Both the position numbers and the translations under genes were made by a program. Shown here piece by piece: positions 28,248 through 36,151 of a DNA stretch of 64,000 nt. How positions within the stretch are numbered: position 1 is the stretch's first letter; every line of letters begins with the position of its first letter. The DNA is from a candidate division FCPU426 bacterium (GTDB lineage Bacteria > Oederibacteriota > Muellerivitia > Muellerivitales > Muellerivitaceae): assembly GCA_963738405.1 (NCBI GenBank), contig CAVTWJ010000004.1, positions 13,499 to 77,498 of the forward strand. Direction: 5' to 3'. The notes under the pieces were generated by a model. It saw nothing but the letters and a program-made list of their open reading frames with translations. It did not search any database and was not told the origin of the DNA.

Positions 28248-29414
28248 ATGATAGAGTTCGCGGAAGATGATGTGACGCAGTATCTGGCTCACTTGAAGGT
28301 TATCGGAGTGGGCGGCGGCGGATGCAACGCCGTCAATAAAATGATGGAAGCGGGTGTGGAGGGCGTGGAATGCATCGCCGCCAATACCGACTACAAGTCT
28401 CTTCGCCGAAGCAAGGCGGGGAAAATTATCCAGCTGGGCAAGACCCTGACCAAGGGTTTGGGTTCGGGCGGAAACCCCACGATCGGCAAGGAAGCGGCCA
28501 TGGAATCCACCGACGAGATCCAGAAAACCCTGGAAGGGGCGGATATGGTGGTGGTCGCCGCCGGGATGGGCGGGGGCACGGGCACCGGCGCAGCGCCGGT
28601 GGTGGCTGAAATCGCCAAGAAATTGGGGATTCTGACCGTCGCCGTCGTCAGCCGTCCGTTCGAGCACGAGGGTCCGGTCCGCAAGGCCCAGGCCGAGGAC
28701 GGGCTTCGGGCCATGCTGCCCCATGTGGACGCCATCGTGGTGATCCCCAATGAGCGCATCAACCTGGTTTGCGAGCAGGATGTGGACCTGATGAGCGCCT
28801 TCGCCAAGGTGGACGAGGTGCTGGTGCAGGCCATCCAGGGCATCTCGGTGATTATCCATTCCGAGGGCGTGATCAACCGCGACTTCGCCGACGTGAAGCG
28901 CATCCTCACCGCCAAGGGAAAGGTGCTGATGGGTATGGGCGCCGCCACCGGCGAGGATAGGGCCTTGAAGGCGGTCCAAAAGGCCGTTCACAGTCCCCTT
29001 CTAGAGGACGTGGATATCGCGGGCGCCAGCGCGGTGCTGGTATTGGTTACCGCGGGGGCCAATTTCAGCCTGAACGAATTCAACCAGATCAACGGGTTTC
29101 TACAAAAGGCCGCAAGGCCGGGCGCGGAAATCATTCCAGGGATCGTGCGCGACGAGAACCTGAAGGACGGCCTCAGGGTCACCATCATCGCCACCGGTTT
29201 TGAGGCCGCCAAGGAAGACGCGGCCCTGGAGACGGTTTTGAACCTGGGCGAATTTTTGACCCCGGAATTCAAGACCGCCAAGGGAGCCACCGCTGCCTCC
29301 CACGCGGCGGAGGACCAGGAACCCGAAACGGAATTCAAGACGGCCGACGGCAAGTACGAGATTCCGGCCTACTTGAGGCGCCGTTTGGCGGGAAAGCCGT
29401 TCCATAACAATTAA
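28248..29414 (+). CDS. ftsZ: Cell division GTPase FtsZ
   Basis: Tubulin signature GGGTGTG, VIGVGGGGCNAV; GAGGGGG SD 6 nt before ATG 28248; conserved C-terminal DIPAYLRR peptide. Confidence 0.95.
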   Translation: MIEFAEDDVTQYLAHLKVIGVGGGGCNAVNKMMEAGVEGVECIAANTDYKSLRRSKAGKIIQLGKTLTKGLGSGGNPTIGKEAAMESTDEIQKTLEGADMVVVAAGMGGGTGTGAAPVVAEIAKKLGILTVAVVSRPFEHEGPVRKAQAEDGLRAMLPHVDAIVVIPNERINLVCEQDVDLMSAFAKVDEVLVQAIQGISVIIHSEGVINRDFADVKRILTAKGKVLMGMGAATGEDRALKAVQKAVHSPLLEDVDIAGASAVLVLVTAGANFSLNEFNQINGFLQKAARPGAEIIPGIVRDENLKDGLRVTIIATGFEAAKEDAALETVLNLGEFLTPEFKTAKGATAASHAAEDQEPETEFKTADGKYEIPAYLRRRLAGKPFHNN

Positions 29415-29440
29415 CCAATAGCAGGGGAAAGAAAGGGAAT

Positions 29441-30724
29441 ATGCGACGCAAGTGGAGCCGGAGAACAGTTATGAAGTTGGGTGTTTTGAGTTTGGTTTTC
29501 AGTTTATGGTGCGCTGGAAGTTTCGGCGCTTCGGCCATAACCCCGACCCCGATTTCGGTTCTGGCCCCAACCGTCCCAGCTTCGCCCGCTGGGGTAACGG
29601 CCGCGCCCAAAGCGGTGGGAACCGTAACGGCCGCCGCTGAGGATGAGGGCTTTACGGTGCTTTGCTACCACCGTTTTGTGGGTAAACCCGATTCACATTC
29701 GGGGCCTGTTTCCGCGAACCAGGCTCCGGTGACGGAGAAATCCGCAAAGGCCGCCCTTTTTTCACTTTATAACCTGCCGTTGGAGGAATTTCGCTGGGAA
29801 ATGAAGTATCTCAAGGATCACGGGATAACGCCTATTTCGATCGAGCAGTTGAAGGCCTACTGGTTTGACGGGAAACCCCTCCCCGCCAAGGCGGTGCTTT
29901 TGACGTTCGATGACGGTTTCCGAAGTATTTACGAAATAGCCTATCCCGTGGTCAAGAGGTACCGCTATCCGGCGGTCCTCTTTGCCTATACGGATTTCAT
30001 CAAGTGGCAAAAGGGCTCCCTTCGCTACGATGACATCCTAACGATGCAGAAGGACAACTGGACAATTGAAAGCCACACCAAAAGCCATTTGCATATGGGA
30101 AAGGACGAAGAGAATTATTCGGCGAAGGATTTTGACAGTCTTTTGCAAGAAGAGTTGGGCACGCCCGTGTCCTTTATCAAGGATCATTTTGATTACACAA
30201 CCAATGTTTTGGCTTACCCCTACGGCGATTACAACGACGATATTGCGGCCAAGACCCAGGCCATGGGATACAAACTGGCTTTTGGGGTCTGTCCCGGACC
30301 CAATGACCGGACCGTGCCGCCCCTGAAACTGCACCGGAACCTGATGCTTTACCCCGTCAAACACGAATCCTTCAAGGAAATATTCGAATATAAGGTCCTT
30401 CATCTATCGGATATGTTCCCGGAGGACGGCCAATGGATTAGCGACCACAAGCCCGCGATCAAGGTAAAGATTTTGGACAACGTGGTTCCCGCCTCCGTAA
30501 GCCTGGGGTTTGACAGCCATCCCGCCGACTTTAAATACGACCCCGCCACGAAGCTCTTGACCCACCTATCGGGGGAAAAACTTTCCTCCGGGGGCCATAT
30601 CCTGACGGTCAAGGCCGAGGACGCTCAGGGACAAAAGTTAACCTATAGCTGGTTTTTCCGGATCAAGCATTACCCTAAGCCCAATCCGGCCAAGGAAGAA
30701 ACCCATGAAGCTGACGTCTATTAA
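29441..30724 (+). CDS. Secreted polysaccharide deacetylase (NodB-homology; peptidoglycan/exopolysaccharide deacetylase-like)
   Basis: Signal peptide; NodB motifs TFDDG and HTKSH, CYHRF; 427 aa with extra C-terminal domain. Confidence 0.75.
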   Translation: MRRKWSRRTVMKLGVLSLVFSLWCAGSFGASAITPTPISVLAPTVPASPAGVTAAPKAVGTVTAAAEDEGFTVLCYHRFVGKPDSHSGPVSANQAPVTEKSAKAALFSLYNLPLEEFRWEMKYLKDHGITPISIEQLKAYWFDGKPLPAKAVLLTFDDGFRSIYEIAYPVVKRYRYPAVLFAYTDFIKWQKGSLRYDDILTMQKDNWTIESHTKSHLHMGKDEENYSAKDFDSLLQEELGTPVSFIKDHFDYTTNVLAYPYGDYNDDIAAKTQAMGYKLAFGVCPGPNDRTVPPLKLHRNLMLYPVKHESFKEIFEYKVLHLSDMFPEDGQWISDHKPAIKVKILDNVVPASVSLGFDSHPADFKYDPATKLLTHLSGEKLSSGGHILTVKAEDAQGQKLTYSWFFRIKHYPKPNPAKEETHEADVY

Positions 30725-32075
30725 AAACCGCGTTTTCTTTTCTATCGCGCTTGGCGCCTTGTTCCTTCTGGTTTTGCTTGCGCAAGCCAAGGCGGATCAC
30801 CCTCCTGCCAAAAGCGCGCTACTGCGGTATGCGGATAAGGCCGGACAGGCAACGGTTGCCCTCCTGCAGGGTCCGGACGGTAAGGTCTATCTGCCCTTGT
30901 TGGAGACGTCTAAATTCTACGGCATCGAGATTCAAAGGGATGACCTGGACGGAAAGATCACCCTCAAGAAGGGGGATGTGCAGGTCAGGCTGATGCTTTC
31001 CCAGCCCTTCTTTTTATTATTGGAAAATCAGGATTCCTATCCCATGGACCCGGCGGAAATGGTGGGCGGGGAGGTGGGACTACCGCCTGGATCGGCGGAG
31101 GATGTCTTGAACGCCTTGTTGGACGTGGATGTCCGCTGGGATTGGGCGCAGCAAACACTGGTGGCGGGGGAGGTCACCACCCAGGACCTGCGCCAGGAAA
31201 TCATGAAAGCCAAGGAGTCAGGTCCCAATCCCACGCCCGCCCTTACCCCCAATGAGGCGCCTGCCCCGCTTATTATCAATCCAGTGGCGGCCGCCACACA
31301 AACAGGCGACGAAGCGGAAACCGAAACCTCCGAAGCTCCGCCCCCGCCCCCCTCGGTTGTGGATGAGGACAGGGTTTCGGACAATAAAAAGTACCGCGTC
31401 CGGCGCATCATCATCGACCCGGGCCATGGTGGAAAGGATTACGGCGCAAGCGGTTATGACAACCGCTACTTCGAGAAACAGGCCACCCTGGATATCGCGA
31501 AAAAGGTCATGCAGATCCTCCAAAAAGACCGCAAATTGGAGGTTTATATGACCCGCAAGGCGGATTATTACATCACTTTGAAATACCGCACCGATTTCGC
31601 CAATACCCGAAACGCGGACCTTTTTGTCTCCATCCACTGCAATTCCAACCCCAAATCCAAGGCTTCGGGAACCGAAACCTATGTCTATGGGGCCCGGGCC
31701 TCCAACCAAATGGCCGCCTACCAGGCTTCCCGAGAAAACGGGAGGGGGGATTATGTCGATTTCACACTCAATGACCTTCTTCATAACGCCTTTAGTTCCA
31801 GAAGCCATAAACTGGCGGAGGATGTGGAACGAAACATCCGCAAGAACCTGGGCCAGCAGATCAGAAGAATTTTGACCGCGCCCTTTTACGTCCTTTGCCG
31901 GGTGAACATGCCCTCGATCCTGATTGAGACCGCCTTTATCAGCAATCCGAAGGAAGAAAAGAAACTCAAGGATGAGGAATGGAAAAACAAAATTGCCCGG
32001 TCCATCGCTGACGGAATATTGTCCTACCGGGACCAAGTGGAGGAAAGTGTTGATACCCGACAAGCCGAGCGCTGA
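30705..32075 (+). CDS. N-acetylmuramoyl-L-alanine amidase (AmiC-like, N-terminal AMIN-like domain plus Amidase_3)
   Basis: Signal peptide; Amidase_3 motifs IIIDPGHGGKDYGA, ADLFVSIHCNS, ETAFISNPKEE; Pro/Ala linker. Confidence 0.85.
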   Translation: MKLTSIKNRVFFSIALGALFLLVLLAQAKADHPPAKSALLRYADKAGQATVALLQGPDGKVYLPLLETSKFYGIEIQRDDLDGKITLKKGDVQVRLMLSQPFFLLLENQDSYPMDPAEMVGGEVGLPPGSAEDVLNALLDVDVRWDWAQQTLVAGEVTTQDLRQEIMKAKESGPNPTPALTPNEAPAPLIINPVAAATQTGDEAETETSEAPPPPPSVVDEDRVSDNKKYRVRRIIIDPGHGGKDYGASGYDNRYFEKQATLDIAKKVMQILQKDRKLEVYMTRKADYYITLKYRTDFANTRNADLFVSIHCNSNPKSKASGTETYVYGARASNQMAAYQASRENGRGDYVDFTLNDLLHNAFSSRSHKLAEDVERNIRKNLGQQIRRILTAPFYVLCRVNMPSILIETAFISNPKEEKKLKDEEWKNKIARSIADGILSYRDQVEESVDTRQAER

Positions 32076-32883
32076 AACCCTTCTTATCTCGCGGGGCGGG
32101 GTAAGCTTTATCACCTTTCCCGGATTAGGGGATTCAGCCCAATTAACCCAGGCCGTTTCCACACGAGTGGGCGGGGTGAGCCGTGGGAAGATGAAAAGCC
32201 TCAATTTGAGCTACAAGGTGGGGGATGATACGCTCCGGGTTGAGGAAAACCGGACCCTCCTCCTGAAGGCCCTGGGCATTCAAGGGGTTCCCGCAATGGT
32301 AAACCAGGTGCATGGAGACGGAATCCGGCGGGTGGTGAAGGGAGACCGACTGCCCATGGACGGGGTGCTGGGGGAAGGCGATGCCCTGGTGAGCGATGTT
32401 CCCAGGGTTCCTTTGATGATCCTGGTGGCCGACTGTCTGCCGATACTTTTCCATGATCCCGTTCACCGAGCCATCGGATTAGCCCACGCCGGATGGCGGG
32501 GAACGGTGAACCATATCGGGGCGAAGACCCTTTTGAGAATGCAGGAAGAATTCGGCACCCAACCCGCGGATGTCAAAGCGGCCCTGGGCCCCGCCATCGG
32601 AAGCTGCTGCTACGAGGTCGGACGGGACGTCGCGGATCGCTTTCAAGAGGTCTTTCCTTGGGCCGGGGAGGTTTTGGCCGGCACGGAAGCGGACAGATAT
32701 AAGCTCAACCTGGAAGAAGCCAACGCCCGCCAGCTTTTGGAAGTCGGGGTTGTTCCCGAGAATCTATTCCGATCGGGTTTGTGCACAATCAAAAGAAATG
32801 ATTTGTTTTTTTCGTATCGGGCGGAAGCCACACCTGAGCGCCCCACGGGACGGGTTGGGGCCTTGATCATGCTGGCGGGTTAA
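32047..32883 (+). CDS. pgeF: Peptidoglycan editing factor PgeF (YfiH/YlmD family)
   Basis: N-terminal ISRGGVS...SLNLSYKVGDD..VEENR, HG, C-x-x-C-C (GSCCYEVG) and H..G motifs of the YfiH family; start placed at GTG/TTG 32047-32050, overlapping the amidase stop. Confidence 0.8.
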   Translation: MLIPDKPSAETLLISRGGVSFITFPGLGDSAQLTQAVSTRVGGVSRGKMKSLNLSYKVGDDTLRVEENRTLLLKALGIQGVPAMVNQVHGDGIRRVVKGDRLPMDGVLGEGDALVSDVPRVPLMILVADCLPILFHDPVHRAIGLAHAGWRGTVNHIGAKTLLRMQEEFGTQPADVKAALGPAIGSCCYEVGRDVADRFQEVFPWAGEVLAGTEADRYKLNLEEANARQLLEVGVVPENLFRSGLCTIKRNDLFFSYRAEATPERPTGRVGALIMLAG

Positions 32884-32894
32884 AGGAGACGACC

Positions 32895-33092
32895 ATGGGC
32901 TGGTGGAAAGATTTCTGGACGGGTCTCAAAAAGGGGAAGAAAGCCCGGGTTGATAAGCGGAAAGAACAAAGCCGCAGAAAAGGCGACCGCCGCTGGATGG
33001 GCCCGGAAGGTGAAAAACCCAGGGCCAAAAAGGAGCCCCGGCGCAAGAAGGAACGGCGCAAGAAGGCCCGGCGAAAACCCCCAAAGGCCTAA
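32895..33092 (+). CDS. Extremely basic 65-aa protein (K/R-rich, hypothetical)
   Basis: Strong SD AAAGGAGACGACC-ATG; ~45% Lys/Arg; no TM. Confidence 0.4.
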   Translation: MGWWKDFWTGLKKGKKARVDKRKEQSRRKGDRRWMGPEGEKPRAKKEPRRKKERRKKARRKPPKA

Positions 33093-33140
33093 TAACCCCC
33101 CTCCCCGGCCAGACATAGCCTGTGATTGGGGTGGTTAACT

Positions 33141-33340
33141 ATTTCTGTTAAACCGACCCTCAAAACTGTTAAACAAGTTCCGAAAACTGTTAAACAACAC
33201 CAAAAAACTATTAAACTGCGCCAAAATTTCTGTTAAACAACCTCTAAAAACTGTTAAACTAGGCCTGATTTCTGTTAAACAGGCCTTTTTATTGGGTAAA
33301 CACCGTTCTTTTATCTGTTAAAATTTAATTTCTATTAAAC
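33141..33340. repeat. Iteron-like array: ~10 copies of CTGTTAAAC (within 21-nt units AAAACTGTTAAACAA...) at 21-22 bp phasing in an AT-rich intergenic region
   Basis: Copies at 33145, 33166, 33187, 33208(v), 33230, 33251, 33272, 33292(v), 33315, 33332; regular two-helical-turn spacing. Confidence 0.7.
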
Positions 33341-33362
33341 AAACCCCCTTCCTGTTCATCGC

Positions 33363-35003
33363 ATGGAGGATATATTGGAAAAAAGCAACCTTAAGTCCCT
33401 GGCATGGCTGGATAAACTGTCCGCCTTCGCCGCTGAACGGGAAAAGAACCCCGACATCCCGCATGCCGAGCTGGCCAAGGCTCTGGGCCACGATAAGGCC
33501 ATGGTGTCTTTTCTGAGGTCCCTCAACAGTTGTTTTGATCCCGCCGCCGTGGAAAGGGTCCGGCAGGCCGCCCAAGGGCCCCACCCCTTTACCCTTTCCT
33601 TTAATAGCGCCTTGGAACTGGCCAAGCTGAACGGCAAGGTCCCCGACCTGCCGGGGGCGTTTCAGGACGCCCTGGAAGTGGTCCTTGCCCGCCATCTGGC
33701 CAAAAGGCATATCAAGAACCTGGTGGATTGGATTGCCAGCGGCAAACCGGCCAAGGATTTTGACCCTAAAAAGATCAAGGGAAATAAGCAGGATTCCGAC
33801 GAACCCGAAACCGACGAGGATGAGGGTGATGAGGAAGAACCCAAAGAGCAAACGGAAGATAAAAAGCAAAAGAAAGGGAAGGGTATCAGAAAGGCCCTTA
33901 AACAGCTTCAAAAAGCAGGCGCTAAAGGCCTGTTTGTCGGCCTCAAATCCATGGCCGGTATGATCCACAGATACGTTCATGAAGCCGCCAAGACTACGGC
34001 GGGCTATTTTTGCCCCCTCCACTCACGTTCCAGCCGAAATCATGATTCCTCTACCAGGCCAAACCTCTTTAGGTTCCTGGGCCATTGGGGGCTCTACTGG
34101 TTTTGCGTCTTTTTTGCCTATAGCGGTATCGTCGGCCTCCTCAGTTACATCGGGCACTTTATCCCCTTCGTGGGCCCCTGGATCGACAGCGCCTGGGCGT
34201 TCCTGGTCCACCTGCTGATCCGCCTGCCCTTTTGGCTCTTGCGCCAGATATTTGCCAAGCCCTGGCTGGTTTTCATCCTTGGCGTGGCTTTGGTTTGGTG
34301 GATTCACAAGGAATTCAAGGCCGGGTTATTGGCCACCCTTGTCGTCGCCGCCCTGTTGGCGGCGGGATGGATTTTTAGGGGAGTATGGGGGCCCTATCTG
34401 TCATCGATTGTTTCAATTTCATCACCGAAGACCGTGGAAGTACCCGTCTCCACAAAGACCTCACAACCAGCCGTCCCAGCGGTTTCGGCGATCATTTCAA
34501 AGATCGAGCCGAAGCTTACTGCAAAAAAGCCTAAAAAGCCCCTGTCTCCCGTAGCCTTGGCAAAGGGAGATAACTCGGGGGTCTTAGTTATTCCACCCGA
34601 GTCCCAGCCCAGGGTTCAGCAAGAATCGTTGTTCGTAAATGGCTTCATTGGTGATCTTTTCGGGCCCAGCTACCACGACCTTCAGGGTTGGATGGGGAAT
34701 CTGCAAAGCGAAATCACGCCAGGCTATTGGGACCAGTTTGTTTACGAAAATTACCCGCCCGCCAAGATGCAGGAAATCCAAGACAAGAAATATTTGGTTT
34801 TCTTCAAACTCTCAGATCCCGTGAAATGCGTGAGGGCGGACGTGTTATTGGACGAGTTTCAGGTGGAAGGGGTGGTGACCACCAAAAGCGACCTGCATTA
34901 TCAGGGGGAGGTGGTTTCCACCGTGCCCGTGACCGTAATTGTGGATGTGCGCCAGGGCCTGAAGGGCCTGGAAGTTTGCAAGGTTGATAGAGTCCGACCA
35001 TGA
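33363..35003 (+). CDS. Hypothetical 546-aa protein: N-terminal HTH-like domain, acidic/basic linker, 4-TM core, C-terminal soluble domain
   Basis: N-terminal NPDIPHAELAKALGHDKAMVSFLRSL resembles an HTH; DEPETDEDEGDEEEPKE and KKQKKGKG tracts; hydrophobic segments 230-340. Confidence 0.5.
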   Translation: MEDILEKSNLKSLAWLDKLSAFAAEREKNPDIPHAELAKALGHDKAMVSFLRSLNSCFDPAAVERVRQAAQGPHPFTLSFNSALELAKLNGKVPDLPGAFQDALEVVLARHLAKRHIKNLVDWIASGKPAKDFDPKKIKGNKQDSDEPETDEDEGDEEEPKEQTEDKKQKKGKGIRKALKQLQKAGAKGLFVGLKSMAGMIHRYVHEAAKTTAGYFCPLHSRSSRNHDSSTRPNLFRFLGHWGLYWFCVFFAYSGIVGLLSYIGHFIPFVGPWIDSAWAFLVHLLIRLPFWLLRQIFAKPWLVFILGVALVWWIHKEFKAGLLATLVVAALLAAGWIFRGVWGPYLSSIVSISSPKTVEVPVSTKTSQPAVPAVSAIISKIEPKLTAKKPKKPLSPVALAKGDNSGVLVIPPESQPRVQQESLFVNGFIGDLFGPSYHDLQGWMGNLQSEITPGYWDQFVYENYPPAKMQEIQDKKYLVFFKLSDPVKCVRADVLLDEFQVEGVVTTKSDLHYQGEVVSTVPVTVIVDVRQGLKGLEVCKVDRVRP

Positions 35004-35078
35004 AAGGCCGGAGTTAATTATTGGGCGGGGATATAATCCTAAAGTGAATCATATCTCCTGTGATTTTAGCTTAAGGTG

Positions 35079-35108
35079 TTGTCCACGATGGGGAGCCATC
35101 GTGGACAA
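35079..35108. repeat. Perfect palindromic element TTGTCCACGATGG-GGAG-CCATCGTGGACAA (13-bp arms)
   Basis: Member of the dispersed hairpin family; located upstream of the AraC gene; followed by an AAAGAAAAA tail. Confidence 0.7.
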
Positions 35109-35216
35109 AGAAAAACGCTTGTAATACTGTTTTGATACGGTTGGCCTTGTCCTGTTTTTATGACAGAAATTGAGTCGGTGGCCAACTCTTTAGATTAATT
35201 ATTATGAGGCTGATGG

Positions 35217-36089
35217 ATGACCGAAGCACCTTTGGCGGAAAAAATTGAATTCGTCCGGTCCGAGGACCTTGCGGGCATTGAAATATTGCGGGCCGACAAT
35301 ACCAAGCATTGTTTCCGGTGGTTTCACCAGACCTACTCCGTCAATACGCCTTTGAATTACCAAGCCCCCGATTACCACCAATTCAAGTATCGCGGGAAAA
35401 GCTTCACGGGGTTTCCGGGAGAGACCATGATGCTCGAACCCGGGGAAATCCACAGCGCCACTTACTTATCGAACCCGGTTACTTTTCGGGTCATCATGAT
35501 TCCACCCGTAATCCTCGAACAATGCGCCTTGGAATTGGACGTCCGGGGTTCCAGGCCCCATTTAAAAACAGCGCTCTCGGACGATTCGGTTCTCTTTAAG
35601 GCCTTCCGGAATCTTCACGCCAGCATCGAAACGGATTGCACGGCCTTGGAACGTCAGTCCCGTTTTGTCTATTGCGTCAGGCATCTATTGAGGGCGGCGG
35701 CGGAAATAATTCCGAAACCCCCTCCCGCCGAAAGAAGTTTAAAGAAGGTTAAGAAGGCGGTGGAATTCTTGAAAACCCATTGGGCCGAAAATATTACACT
35801 CGACCAACTCGTCAAGGTCGTGGGTCTTAACCGATTTTATCTCTCCCGGGTTTTCACCCGGGAAATGGGAATTCCTCCGCATGCCTTCCAGATTCAATTG
35901 CGGATTGCCCGGGTCCGGGAATTCTTGAAAATGGGCGTTCCTATTTCCGAAATCGCCCTCGCTGCGGGTTTTACCGACCAATCCCATATGGACCGCCATT
36001 TCAAGAAAATTACGGGGACAACGCCCGCCCGTTATGCCGGACTAAGATTGAAGACAAAGACCAGGGCAATAACGTCCTATAGTTTGTAA
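35217..36089 (+). CDS. AraC/XylS-family transcriptional regulator
   Basis: C-terminal dual HTH: LDQLVKVVGLNRFYLSRVFTREMG ... IALAAGFTDQSHMDRHFKKITGTTPARY. Confidence 0.85.
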   Translation: MTEAPLAEKIEFVRSEDLAGIEILRADNTKHCFRWFHQTYSVNTPLNYQAPDYHQFKYRGKSFTGFPGETMMLEPGEIHSATYLSNPVTFRVIMIPPVILEQCALELDVRGSRPHLKTALSDDSVLFKAFRNLHASIETDCTALERQSRFVYCVRHLLRAAAEIIPKPPPAERSLKKVKKAVEFLKTHWAENITLDQLVKVVGLNRFYLSRVFTREMGIPPHAFQIQLRIARVREFLKMGVPISEIALAAGFTDQSHMDRHFKKITGTTPARYAGLRLKTKTRAITSYSL

Positions 36090-36151
36090 ATCCTTCTCCC
36101 TAGACTTCCAATGTCTCCAGTTAAAACGGAATTTTTGAGTGAGGGGTTATC

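Noticed and set aside
27621-28991. 456-aa minus-strand ORF spanning ftsA-ftsZ
   Set aside because: It is antisense to ftsA/ftsZ, which carry unambiguous motifs. Spurious.
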